A stretch of DNA of 60,025 nucleotides, filler included, from Bipalium vagum (lineage: Eukaryota), in the NCBI GenBank assembly GCA_037834085.1. It is 3 parts of 3 records of this genome, joined end to end, with 100 filler letters (N's around TTAATTAATTAA, not from the genome) between each part and the next. Parts side by side here need not be neighbours in the genome. Positions count along the whole stretch, not along the records: positions 19,332 to 42,022 come from JBBMKC010218241.1; 2 more parts are not named here. One strand, given 5' to 3'. Under the pieces are notes generated by a model. The model saw only the letters and a program-made list of their open reading frames with translations, was not told where the DNA came from and ran no database searches. Positions within the stretch are counted from its first letter, which is position 1. Every line of letters begins with the position of its first letter. Shown here one piece after another: positions 22,687 to 34,637 of the stretch. A program made the translations under genes and the position numbers.

Positions 22687-23245
22687 TTAGCCCTAAACGT
22701 ACAACAGGGGTCTATAAGGCCCCGTATAACATTTGAAATGCTTATAGCTATTTCCTTGCGTCGGTTGTTGAAAAATTTTTATGACTTTCTAGGAAATTTT
22801 AAGTGCTTCATTTTTACTTACATATTTTAATATCATATCTGAAAAATTTTTGGTTCATAAAGTAGCCTGAATTACCTCTGAGGCCCCAACATAAAAATTA
22901 ATTGATGTTTAGTTTGTTTAACTTAAGTATCTGTTATGATAATAATCCATAAACACTTTGAAAATGAGAAGAATTTCAGAATTACTCGATGAGTCCAGCG
23001 ACAAAGAATGTAAAGATATCGATTATGAATCATCAACTGACGATTCCGAGAATGATATCGAAATCATTTATTTAAGCACAGATGAGGTAGAAAACACGAT
23101 CGAGAACAATCACAATGATAGCACGGGTATTAGGTTAATCTTTAAAAAAAGACCATTAAATTATAAGCTGACTGAGTTAGATCAGTGGGTATTTTCTGAT
23201 CAACATGAAGTTCAGTTTATATTATATTATAAATTATATATTTGA
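22687..23245 (+). mobile_element. piggyBac-like 5' relic
   Basis: ttagccct terminus (cf. TTAA-CCCT), subterminal ggggtc...ggcccc palindrome, acidic ORF 22958-23245 (ISELLDESSD...DYESSTDDSEND) typical of piggyBac N-termini; interrupted by a mariner. Confidence 0.5.
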
Positions 23246-23248
23246 TAT

Positions 23249-23767
23249 TATAGGTCGTCTCATAAGTCTACGGTTTTCATATAATATTATTTAGTATTGT
23301 TTATCCTCATTAATTAATTTATAAGCGCATTATTTAAAATAATGTTATTTAAAGGTATTTTTATATAAAATTAATGTATACTTACATTATTTATTAAGAT
23401 TTCTTATTCTTTGAGATGGAATTTACTCAAGAAATGATAAGGGTTTGTCTGCTATTAGACTTTAAGTGCGGATTAAATGCCAGAAAGTCTTATGAACGGT
23501 TAACTATGGTATTAATCGAACCTATTAGTTTAAGTACATGTGAAAAATGGTTTAAGAAGTTTCGAAACAAAAATTTCGACATACAAGACAAGCCGTGGGA
23601 AAGGACCAGCAGTTCTTCAAGCATGGTATTGAACTTTTGCCTGAACGTTGGACAAAGATAATTGATAACAATGGCATTATATTATCGATTAAAATATTCT
23701 TGTGTTTTTATAAAATATATTTTTGTTCTATACATCTTTTCCGTAAAGACTTATGGACGACCTAATA
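23249..23767 (+). mobile_element. Non-autonomous, internally deleted mariner with both TIRs
   Basis: TIRs taggtcgtctcataagtctacgg / ccgtaaagacttatggacgacctaa with TA flanks; N-terminal HTH (MEFTQEMIRVCLLLDFKCG...WFKKFR) fused to C-terminus (GIELLPERWTKIIDNNG). Confidence 0.88.
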
Positions 23768-24871
23768 CTTCTGTGCAATACCATGAAACATGTTTTTTTC
23801 GTCAAAACTGAAAGATATCTCACTACTTATCTTTGTTAATATTTATCTGTATTTATATTTATATTTTCTTATACTTATTGCAATCATTTGGAAAGAAAAT
23901 TATAAGATAATTATATTTTAAATGGAAAATATTGATTGTTCTGATTTTATTCATCTTACTAATATGAAAGAAGATTTATATTGAAAATAATAATTAAAAA
24001 AATAACTGTTGTCTTTAAACAGTTTTTCTAATTTTATCAATTTTGCTCAAAATATCGAAAGGTGATAAATTGGTGCATTTGCGGAACTCAAAAAATTATC
24101 GTCAAACACTTTTGGAATCCAGAATGGGGTCAGATGAAGTACTGTTGACTTCGAATAATACATGGACCGTTGATTTTTATTTCTTCACAAATATATTCTT
24201 ATCTAATTCTCCTATACTTTTCCTTCATCTTTCTTAATAACTGGAAAAAATTCGGTTAAAATATCACTAAATAATCAGACCTTTCCCAGTCTTGCTTGAG
24301 AATTGTACAGCGCTGACAGAACCACGACATTATAAAAATTGAGACATTCCAAATAGAAAATTGATTGTTTTAATTCAATAAAAGCGAAATGAATAAGGTT
24401 CTCAATAACAAATGCAAGATTTATTCGTAAAATGATAACAATTCATAAAAGTACTTGACTGGAAACTTTATTAATGAATTCTTAACCAAGGGTAACACAA
24501 TATGTTTACAATTCTTTCTCATTTCGTTTCTATATTATAAAACTTTGGAATGTAATTGATCTTGGTCTTCAAATAGTTCAGATTTCAATTTCAGGTTTTC
24601 ATACGATTTTATTTGATTTTAGATAAATTAACATTTTTAAAAATTAATTAATTAATTAATTAATTAATCATTTAATCTCACTTAAACCATTGAGTTTAAT
24701 TAAAAAGATTTAAGTAAGGAAAATCAAACCTTAATTTTGAAAATATCAGAAAATAGCCTTGACAAGAAATGTCTCTGCCAGGTACATTTTTTATCATCTG
24801 CTTAGAGTAAAATTAAAGATTTTAAAATTTTTAAAATTTTAAAAAGCTTAATTGTTCTTATATAAAATATT

Positions 24872-24878
24872 CTATTAC

Positions 24879-24921
<43 letters not shown>

Positions 24922-24935
24922 TATTATTATTATTA
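24872..24935. repeat. (TTA)n microsatellite
   Basis: Direct inspection. Confidence 0.9.
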
Positions 24936-25134
24936 ATCTCTAATTTTTGGTTTACATTAAAAGTATTGATTCTTTCTCTCGTTTTATATATTGAAATACA
25001 TATATTATTATATTATATATAAGCTTATTTAAAAGATAGAAAATCTATTAGAGATGAACATTAATCTCCTTTATTATCAATTCTTTACCAATTATTAATA
25101 ATATTGAATTTTAGATTTTAATTATTTTGTTAAG

Positions 25135-25980
25135 TGTTTTTATTAGAATCATCCAAATTGGAAGAGCTGCTGAATAAAAATACAGCCCAGACGCAAGCAG
25201 AACTCGCTAAACAACTTGCCGTTGATCAAAGAACTGTTGGGAGACGGTTACACTATATGAGAAAAATTCAGAAGGCTGGAAAGTGGATTCCACGAACTTT
25301 CCGAAAGCAATATTTTATGCCAATTAACAACATGCGCATCCCTTATTGCTAGACAAATAAAAAAAGACTTTTTATGGAAAATCGTCACTGGAGATGAAAA
25401 AGGGATAAATTAAAATAATCCAAAACGCAAACATTTGTTGATGGACCCTGAAATGCCAGCTACTTCAGTTGTCAAGACAAATATTCACAATAAAAAATTA
25501 CTCCTTTGCATCTGGTGTGATATGAAAGGACCCATTCATTGTGACCTCCTCCAAGCTGGTGAAACCATTGATGTTATAGCAAACAATTGCTGCATTTGGC
25601 TAAACAAATCGAAAAAAGCTCTTTTTTCTGACAAGAATCGCGTAAGATTGTCCTGCTACATGATATTCCCACACCGCATGTAGCGAAACATACTCAGGAA
25701 ACAATTTTACAGTTAGGTTGGGAACTTCTTCCTCACGCGGCTTATTCTCCAGATCTTGCTCATACAGATTTTCATTTGTTTCGCTCAATGCCACATGAAC
25801 TAGCCGGATGTCGTTTCAAAAATGTTGACCAGATACGAGATTTTGTCAAGAATTATCGCCTCAAAATCAATATCTTTCTATCGTTCCGGGATTCGGCAAT
25901 TACCTGAAAGATGGCAAAAAGTGATTTCCAATAATGGATATTATGTTGATAACTGATTTTTTGAATCCCTGTCGTATAAA
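25135..25980 (+). mobile_element. Mos1-like mariner transposase relic
   Basis: QTQAELAKQLAVDQRTVGRRL...[41 protein letters not shown]. Confidence 0.9.
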
Positions 25981-25989
25981 AATATATAT

Positions 25990-26880
25990 ATATATATCCT
26001 TATATTTCGTATAATTTTTATCTCTCACGATTTTTAAGTTATTTTCCATATCATATGTCACTTTCATGTCAAGTAAGTGGATCTTTTTATCAATAGTATC
26101 ACGATTTATTATACCTGGTCTAAGTCTTGTGGGTTTTTTAAGATCAATAGGTTTTAAGTCTATGTCTACATTAAATCCAAAATGTCTTAAGTAATTATGT
26201 TCTATATTTTTACCTAGAGAAAATGATTTACAGTGATTCAAAATGTGAGCTTGAGTTTCTACTTGTATATTGCATTTTCTACATTATAATGGGAGCTTAG
26301 TTTTAATTCTATTTGATTTTTAGTATAATAGAAGATTAGATGTTCTGGCTTTAATGAGAGGGTGCCATTGTTTATCCTTTAAGTCTATATTGCTAATTAT
26401 TTTTTAGTTTTAGGCTTAAGCTAAAACAATGGACTAAAATTCATTGTACTATGTGCAATTTCCAACTATTAAAGTAACTTAAAGCGATGGTGTTCCTCAG
26501 TATTTTAGTGGCCTTGTACATTTCTTTACCATCCATAATATAGGATTTTGAGCCAGTATCATGAACTAGAATAATACATTTTAGGTTGATTTCGCCGCTA
26601 ATGTGAAGAAAACCGCAATTATAATTTTCTCTTAATGCTCTAATTAATTGTCTAATTTTAGTCCACCAAGTTTTTTTTACAGATGATTTTTTTATCCTAT
26701 AACTTAACCATCGCAGCGTTATTTTTATATCATTTGAGTTATCTAATTTCGTTCTTTTCCCTACAGTATAAATTAGGACAGTCACTATAAAATTTCTAAA
26801 GGTAATCCTTTTTTCATTATATTTATTAATATTTAGACCACCAAGATTCGATAATGAATAGATCAAAGCGTTGTTGGTTC
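25990..26880 (-). mobile_element. Non-LTR retrotransposon relic (R2/NeSL-type zinc knuckle and RLE)
   Basis: LGGLNI (post-RT GGLG), ETQAHILNHC knuckle, RLRPG...LLDMKVTYD...TKYKD. Confidence 0.8.
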
Positions 26881-26919
26881 CCTGAAAGTAATTGTGTGTG
26901 ATTTTATTTTTAATTATTA

Positions 26920-27350
26920 AGAACTATTTAAGAACTAACTTTTGCAGACAATTTTCTTATATTGATTAGTGGATTACTTTCTAGAATTGTCTTCAGTGAA
27001 TTCAAGCGAACATGGTCTTCCAATACGTAGCTTATCCTCCATGTCAAAATAACCACTTCAAATTTCTTGAACCATTCATAATTCCTATTTTTGTTTTTAA
27101 TAGCATCTTCTCTTGACGCTTTCAAAATATTTTGAATAGCTTCACTCGTAGTATGATCGAGTTGGAACAATAATAATTCTCGCATGGGATTTTTCTTGAA
27201 AAAATATCAATATTATAAAATTTATCTTTAATTTATTGATTTTACTGAATTATTAAGATTATATAAAATCTTCATAATTTCTTATAATAATACAAATAGT
27301 AAGAACAAATCTCAATAAAAAAAATAACCAGAAATAAGTCAATAGGATAA
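26920..27350 (-). mobile_element. mariner N-terminal fragment
   Basis: MRELLLFQL...SEAIQNI...YEWFKKFE...LKTILESNP. Confidence 0.75.
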
Positions 27351-27691
27351 GTTTTTCGGAAAATCGATTTTCTAAGATAATAAAGATTGTTAATAATAAT
27401 TTAGAGAAAATTAAAGAGCTTTATAAACAATTTTAAGGATTATCAAGATTAATCAAGCACAATCCTCATAATCAAGAACCATAAAAACGAATTATATAAA
27501 GAAAAGGATTTTTCAGTGTTAGTTCAGAAAAAGAAAATGTATACATTGATCTATATAAAGGAAAACTGGGTCATGTTTTTTGGCCTAAATGACTATCAAG
27601 TCTATTTCTTGACCGATCTATTACATCAAGCATCTCTGTAATCATATATTTGTTGGGTTCTAGAAATAATAATAATAATAATAATAAATTT

Positions 27692-28190
27692 TAAAAAAAT
27701 TTTCCAAAAGCCATATATCAAAATCTCGCCGTGGGGATTTTGATATATTAGGCTAATGAATTTTTTTTACAGTCGTGTGGACTGAAGGTTGCAATCGCAC
27801 TCTATCTCGGCATGGAGATAGAGTTTGATTAACGGGTTTGATTAATGGGTTTGATTAATGGCTATTATGAAAAATAGCCGTGTCTAAGCGTAGGGATTGG
27901 TGATCGTATACCAATCTCTACGACTATAAAAAAATGGCTATTCCCAGAAAGCCGCCCAGAAAATTATTAAAGTGAATTTTAGTAATGTTATATTCTTTGG
28001 AAGTGAAAAACATATTCAAGACTTTTACAAAGAGGATTCATTGCCAAGGAGACGCTTCAGTAATTACTTTTAGTTCAACAAATTTGCAACGGGATTATAA
28101 AAGGAGACCCAGTGAGTTTGTGAATCCCTAGGTTACCTGAAAAGGGCCTAGTGGACACCCGGGGACTCCCTTATCTCTCCTGGTGAGAGT
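27692..28190 (+). ncRNA. Unclassified multi-hairpin structured element (candidate ncRNA or TE-associated RNA structure)
   Basis: Stems at 27709-27754, 27793-27830, 27858-27881 and 27889-27922; enclosing arms 27762-27777/27919-27934; 13-bp x3 repeat; further hairpins 28100-28190; G-U wobbles favour the + strand. Confidence 0.4.
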
Positions 28191-28466
28191 TTCTTTAATT
28201 TTGTTTTATTTTTTTAATTTTTTTTATGATTAAAAGAAACTTCATTTTACTCATTTTGAATTTGTGATTTTGGATTATTTGTGTTTGTTTTTCTTTGATT
28301 TTCAAATAACTGAACGTATTGATTTTGAGACAATATTGATTATTAATTTTTACACATTTGACGATTTTAATTTTGATTTTACGACGATTGTACGACAATA
28401 GAAATACGACCACAACTCATTAAAGTGCGGAGTTGCTGATATACGAGTGTAAGTTACTTTCAAGGT

Positions 28467-29962
28467 ACACTATAAATCGTCTAATTCAGATAATCATAAA
28501 ATCCGGATAAAATTTTCGGTCCAAAATTAATTGACCATTAAACTCCTATAAATTATATTGCCTAATTTGGTTTCTCGTAATCCGGAATTTCATCCATATC
28601 GGATAAAATTTCTGGTTCTATTTACAAAAACAATTCCTATTCCGGATATCCTATTTAATTTATGACAAATATGGTTTTTTAAAACATTCTAAAATAGTTT
28701 TAAAAATGAAAAAAATTTAAATAAAAGTAATTTAATACGATAATTATAACATTTTAAATTATTACTTGAAAGCGATTAAGATGTGAAATTAATTTAGAGA
28801 AAGAATTTGCTTTTCAGAGCAAAATAAGATACTTAAAAATATCGATATTGCTAAGCAATTTAATATTAAGCCATAAACTCTATGTGACATTTTAAAAGAT
28901 AAATTAAAAATTACAGAAATTTTCAAAAATGACTTAATAACCGGTAATTTAAATAAGAATTAAAATACAAATTATTAACAAAGAGCCAAATCATTATTAC
29001 AATGGTTTACTGGAATGCGAGTAAATCAGCCTGAATTACCATTGAGTGGAGAAATTATCTGACAGAAAGCAAATAATTATACAAGGTTATTAGGTGAGTT
29101 AGACACAAACGAAGAAATAAACATGAATTGGATAAGCAGATGAAAGAAGCAGTACAACATATCTTCCAAAAAGATGTATGGTGAAAGTGCGTCTGGATCA
29201 GACGAATCAGTTCGACACTGGAAGGACATTCTTGTCAAAGATATCATGAAAAAATATTCATCAGATAATATATCTAACTGAGATATAAGAAGTTAATAAT
29301 AATCTAGATGATTCTGAAAAGGATCCTGTTCCTTCCTTCAATAATGTTACTCAGACACTGAAAACTGTAGATTCTTTCAAACTCATGAGGGGTTTAGTAC
29401 AAGCTATGTAGATGCAATAGAGAATCTACAGAACAAAGTCAATATGGAAATGATTCAAGTTTTGAAATAAACACAAATACAGTTGAGTCTCGATATAACG
29501 AGCCTGTGTGAAACAAATGGTTGGCCGAACATCATATATATACAAATTAAACTTTCATTCAGCAAATTTTGATATAACGAAATTTTATGAAATATTTAAA
29601 TTTACGAATTTTAAATTTACATAATATGTATACTTCGATTTAACGAAACTTTGATATAACGAAGTAATTTGATCGGTCCCTTGAACTGTAACGGATTTTT
29701 TTCAACTGAATAAATATTAAATTTTAATCTCGTATTATTTTACTTTTTTTGCTCTTCTGTTTATTTATTAAGTATTTCGATAACCACTTAATAATTATCA
29801 TTATAGGTTTTAATCTGATTTAATATTTATTTATTACTGTATAATTAAAGTTTTTTTTAAAAATTGTGATAATATTATTGCGAAAGTTTTTTTCAACCAT
29901 AGTCGTCTAATCCAGTTAAATTTTTCGACCCCCAGCAATCCAGATTAGACGAATAATGTATA
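28467..29962 (+). mobile_element. pogo/Tigger element relic with degenerate termini
   Basis: DIAKQFNIKP.TL, LLQWFTGMR...PLSGEII.QKA, WISR.KKQYNISSKKMYGESAS; termini tacac...tcgtctaat / attagacgaataatgta. Confidence 0.85.
29478..29690. mobile_element. Tigger-like MITE nested in the pogo relic
   Basis: tacagtt...aactgta ends; repeated gatataacga subterminal motifs. Confidence 0.7.
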
Positions 29963-30666
29963 ATAGTAACATATTTTAGTCAATTAAATAACTAATATTT
30001 TAAAATAATTTTCTTATAAACTAACCAATTCAATTCATTCCTCACAGCTTACACTCAATCCAAAGTTAACTTAAAGCTTAAGCTTCGAATTCATATTTTA
30101 GGATATTCTCAACATTTAAAAAAAACTGGAACTATAAAAAAGCCAAAACTCCATTATGGGATATAATTTGAGCTTATTGTTAGTGTCAACGAAAGTTTGA
30201 TTTATAGATCGATTGGCGTTTTGATATTGCCTGGATGTCCTTTTATCTTGCCGTATTCTAACTAAATTAAAATTTTCATTTTTTTAATTACTATTTATCA
30301 AATTTTTAAATAATTTCAGTATATTAATCAGTAAGTGAGTATTGATATAAATATTAATGAGTTTTAAATGCCTTTCAAGATATATAAAAAGCATGTGTTA
30401 TGATTGTTCTACTTATAACACATGGTTGTTAAAGTAAAATAGAACCATACTTTATAATAGTTATAGATTTTCAAAAAAAATAATTAACCCTAGATGACAT
30501 GAAAAAATCTACATCTTTTTCATATATTTGTTATTCTTTAGAATGAGTGAATAACGAGCTAAATAAGTCGAAATAAGTCATTGAATCGAAAATTATTTAA
30601 AATCAAAAACTAAACTACAAATCTTAATCTTTATAAGAATTACATCCAAAATATTTTATTAATAAT

Positions 30667-31277
30667 TTAGAAATTCATCTTGTGTGGTTTATCTCCATTA
30701 GATAACGAAAACAAAGACTTCAAATATTGGACCAATTGGGTTTTATCTTCACGCGCTTTAATTGTTTTGATAAGTGCTGAATCTATTAATTTTTGATCAA
30801 CTTTTCGTTCTTCCTTGACAACATATTCCTTCTTCTTTGATGCAAAAATGTCATCTTTTTTCTCTTTTTTCTCAACTTCCTTTTGGAAGTAAGAGTCATC
30901 AATTCGTTCTGGAATTTCTACGGCGCTGATGTCGATTTTAGTTTTTGTTGCAATAACTAAGTTCTGGTGAACTCTGCGCAATGGTACACCATTAACCTTG
31001 TATGGACCGCTGACAAGGAGAAGGCCACTCTTTAATTGTTTCAAGAAAACAACGCGATTGCCTCTATATGCTCCAGTTAACAAAATCAAAACTGTACCAG
31101 GTGTGATCGATGAACGAATATTTCTTTTGTGCAGAGAAAAAGGAACTGATCGAGAAGGACGGCGTTTAATTGGAGCATTTAATGGATAGCTCTTTGGCTA
31201 TTATAAACCATGGCATAAAATTGGAAAACCAAATAAGTTCTTACTTTACGATTTACTTTAACCTCTGTGGTAGACAT
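30667..31277 (-). CDS. RPL6: 60S ribosomal protein L6 (eL6), 187 aa, two exons
   Basis: Exons 31245-31277 and 30667-31197, 47-nt GT-AG intron; SITPGTVLILLTG...RVVFLKQL.SGLLLVSGPYKVNGVPLRRVHQ...YLKSLFSL...PHKMNF. Confidence 0.96.
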
Positions 31278-33613
31278 TAAGAATATTCAAAATGATTTAT
31301 GAATTTTGCATGGATTTATTTAAACAAAAATCTGAAAATTAATAAATGAATTTTATTGATATTTTTTAAAATCATTAATAAACTAACTTTTAGAGCTTTA
31401 GTATTTTTATTCGTATTTTCTATATCTTTTCTGTCAATTTCAACTAAAATATTAATATAATGTTTGCTTTCACCATATTTCAATGTTTATTTTAATCAAT
31501 GTAAGATTGAAAAATCTAAATTATTACTTTTCTGAAAACCACAATATATCATAGTTCTACATATTTTGTTAAAACTACTTAAACTTTGAATTATAGTTGA
31601 AAATATTTTAATGCTGCAATTATCTATGTTAAAGTTTTGCAATTCCCTCTTATTTCTTAAGGCAACTATGATTAATAGAATAAAACGAAATTCCATGTTT
31701 AAAATTTTTAAAAATTTATTATGCCTATGATTACTGAGCTGAAAAGTGCTCTAATTATTCTTTTAAAAAGTTCTGAAACTTGATTTTATGAATAAATCTA
31801 TTTTTAAAAATGCATAATCTTATCCTTAAGTTATTCGATTCTTATAATCTTTTCCAAATTTTAATAATTTTGTAGTCTCTTATTTAAATTTTATAATAAT
31901 ATAGAAATATTCTTGATTGAAAATAATGTTGATGAACCAGTGATCCCAGGCTAGTTAAATAATGGATCTTTATTCTGTTATTTGTGTGTTCAATGCCAGA
32001 GTCCACTATAGTTTACATACCCCAAGGATCACAGCATATTTGGATTTGCTGTACTTTCATCTAGGTCATCAGAAAGTTTTATATTTTCTTCTATAGAGAC
32101 AATAATTTAAATAGTATTGAACTAGTAACTCCAAATGTGTATGTTTTTTTGAGATAATTATTAATGTTATCACAACCATTGTCGCTCTCTTTCTGTAATT
32201 CTTCATTGGCTTGTGGGTGATACAAATTGTTTTCGCATAGTAAATCACCAGGATCAGGTTCTTATGCAATTGTATCAAGGATTATGTTCTAGTGACAGTT
32301 ATAGGGAACTGACGGTCCTTCATCTTCAGAGGCATTATAGATTTCTTTAGTACTGGTGATAGAAAGATTATCTTGATTAACTTGAATTTAATTTATCAAA
32401 ATTAATTTGAAACTTATACAATAATTGATACAAAAGTTATGAAATGGTCTTTTATGAAAAATAAAAATCATTAATAATAAAAATTAATAATAATAACGGT
32501 GACAGATTATTATGACTGCGTTCCCTTCCATAGAGATATAGGCATCTATGAGATCGTGTACATGTTCTTTGTATTCCTGGTCGTGAAAAGAAACAACCAA
32601 GACCTATGGCGTCGTTAACTTTCTTATGTCCAGAGTCTGTAATATCTTGAGCGATCAGATCCAGTATGGTAATATTAACCTTTGCTAACATTATTATTAT
32701 TCCTATGATGTGTAACCTTGTAAAATAGAAGTGGCATTCTCATCGGATACTATTTTAATTTCATTTATTGATTTCTTTGATAACATCAATAAAACCTGAA
32801 AAAAATACAATGGAATTCATTTTCAGCCACCTCGAATATAACGTTTCGTATGCTACGACAAATTCGACTAACCTAAATAATTAATTATTCTTCTTTCCTC
32901 TATCTTCAACAATTTCTCTCTATCTTCTCCTTTCCATTCATTAATGAAGCACTGGAATATCTACCCATCTGACTGAGCTAAATAATTTAATGCTTCTGTC
33001 AACATCTATTTCCATTAAATCAAACCATCTCACAGTGGATTCATAAGTCTCTAATCCGGACAATGGTTAAAATAAGAAAAATATATTTTTTATTTTTATT
33101 AGTAAGATGGAAAATTATAAGCTTATATTTATTATTATGATTATTATTTAAATGATTTTTTCCTTATAACCAACGCAATCAACACACGAACTGCGATCAC
33201 GAATTTCCTCAATAAAGAAAATACGAAATCGACTTAAACAAAGAATGATTCACCGCTCGGATAACTCTCAACAAACTGCAATTCGAAAATTTTACTCCAA
33301 GACAATATTTACACAATTAGACATGAAAATCATTCTAACAACCTAAATAAGTAATAGTATAAATAAATTGTATACAAATTGAAAGTCATAAATAAATAGA
33401 AAGCAATATTTTAACAATGATATATATGTACAATATTAATATAACTAAAATTAAATAATCTTCAAATATTTTTTTGTATTTTCTATATGTTTTGAATATT
33501 TTTATATATTTCTGCATAACCCTGTATATCTAAAAATTCCGTGTATATTATAACTTTGTTTATATCAGTAATTTGAAAGTTTAAATTGAACAAAATTAAA
33601 AGCTCGAATACAA

Positions 33614-34637
33614 ATGCCTAAAAAAAATTTTTATGTGGTTATAAATGGTAGAAAACCTGGAACTTATACGACATGGTAATGTAAAGCAGATGCTAACATT
33701 TTAAGAATGACTTTAGGACTGAATGCAAATCTCAAGTGGATGGCTTTCCGAATGCAAAATTTAAAGGATTTAGTAGTTTTGAGGAAGCAGAAGATTATAT
33801 TAAAATTTCAAATGCTGTAAATCCAACTGTTTCATGCGAAAATATATCGAAAATAAAATCTCAAACTACTTACAATGAAAATGATTGTCAAATGAAAACA
33901 AAGGAAACTAATAAAAAATATGCTCCAAAGGTTACTTCAATTGGTGCAAGGAAGAGAAAGTTTGACTCAATAAACACGAATTTAACAAATGGTATTTCTA
34001 ATTATGAAAATTGATTTTAAAAAACAATAGAATCTGAAGACCATTCACGTGTACATGTGTATACTGACGGTTCTTGTCGTAAAACCAAGTCCGGAAATAT
34101 TGCTGGTTATGGGGTGTATTTTGGTGATAACAGTGAATTGTAATTTTAAATTTATAATTCTTTTTTCTAAAATTATTAAATATAGAAATGTCAGTGCTAA
34201 ATATGAGGGTGTTCAGACAAATAATCGTGCTGAGATTGCGGTAATGGGTCACATATATTTGATATCAAATTGAATGCAACTTTTTCACCAGGCCGTTGTC
34301 AAAGCTGTTCAGATGGCATCGAAGCATGGAATTAAAAAGCTACTGGTGCACACAGACAGCCAATTTGTGATTAATTGTATGACGCAGTGGATTGAAAATT
34401 GGAAAAAAAGGAATTGGTTACTTTCAAATAACAAAGAGGCCGAATGTCGAGATGAACTCGAGAAATTGGATAACTTAATTAGAGACACAAAAATTGATGT
34501 TGCATGGGTCGGTTTATTCTATCTATGTTCAGAATAAATGATTGGTTTAGAAACACGTGAGGGGTCATAAAGGTATCAAGGGTAATGAAATGGCGGACAA
34601 ATTGGCAAATCAAGGTGCAGATCAATGGCTGAAATAA
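33614..34637 (+). CDS. RNASEH1: Ribonuclease H1, 267 aa, six exons
   Basis: Exons 33614-33675, 33717-33991, 34031-34139, 34186-34240, 34292-34507, 34551-34637, all GT-AG and in frame. N-terminal hybrid-binding domain (FYVV..GRKPG.Y.TW.EC..QVDGF..AKFKGF); catalytic VYTDGSC, QTNNRAEI, HTDSQF, HVRGH...GNEMADKLA. Confidence 0.95.

Noticed and set aside
27709-27760. ggctaat after a long stem, like HDV-ribozyme P4-J4/2
   Set aside because: No P1/P3/P1.1 elements upstream, only A/T tracts.
27769-27928. Resemblance to a tRNA-Ser (acagtcg...cgactat acceptor-like arms)
   Set aside because: About 160 nt, with no GTTCRA T-loop and no anticodon arm geometry.
28158-28172. Minus-strand gggagtccccgg resembling RNase MRP CR-I (GAAAGUCCCC)
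   Set aside because: No complementary GGGGCU CR-V partner downstream on that strand.
28195-28413. Lys/Ile-rich ORF, and similar ORFs at 38028, 38627, 41800, 47375 and 49215
   Set aside because: Composition expected from AT-rich low-complexity DNA; no recognisable motifs or splice support.
30998-31189. Plus-strand ORF, also 33998-34252 and 34479-34661 (minus)
   Set aside because: Antisense shadows of RPL6 and RNASEH1 exons.
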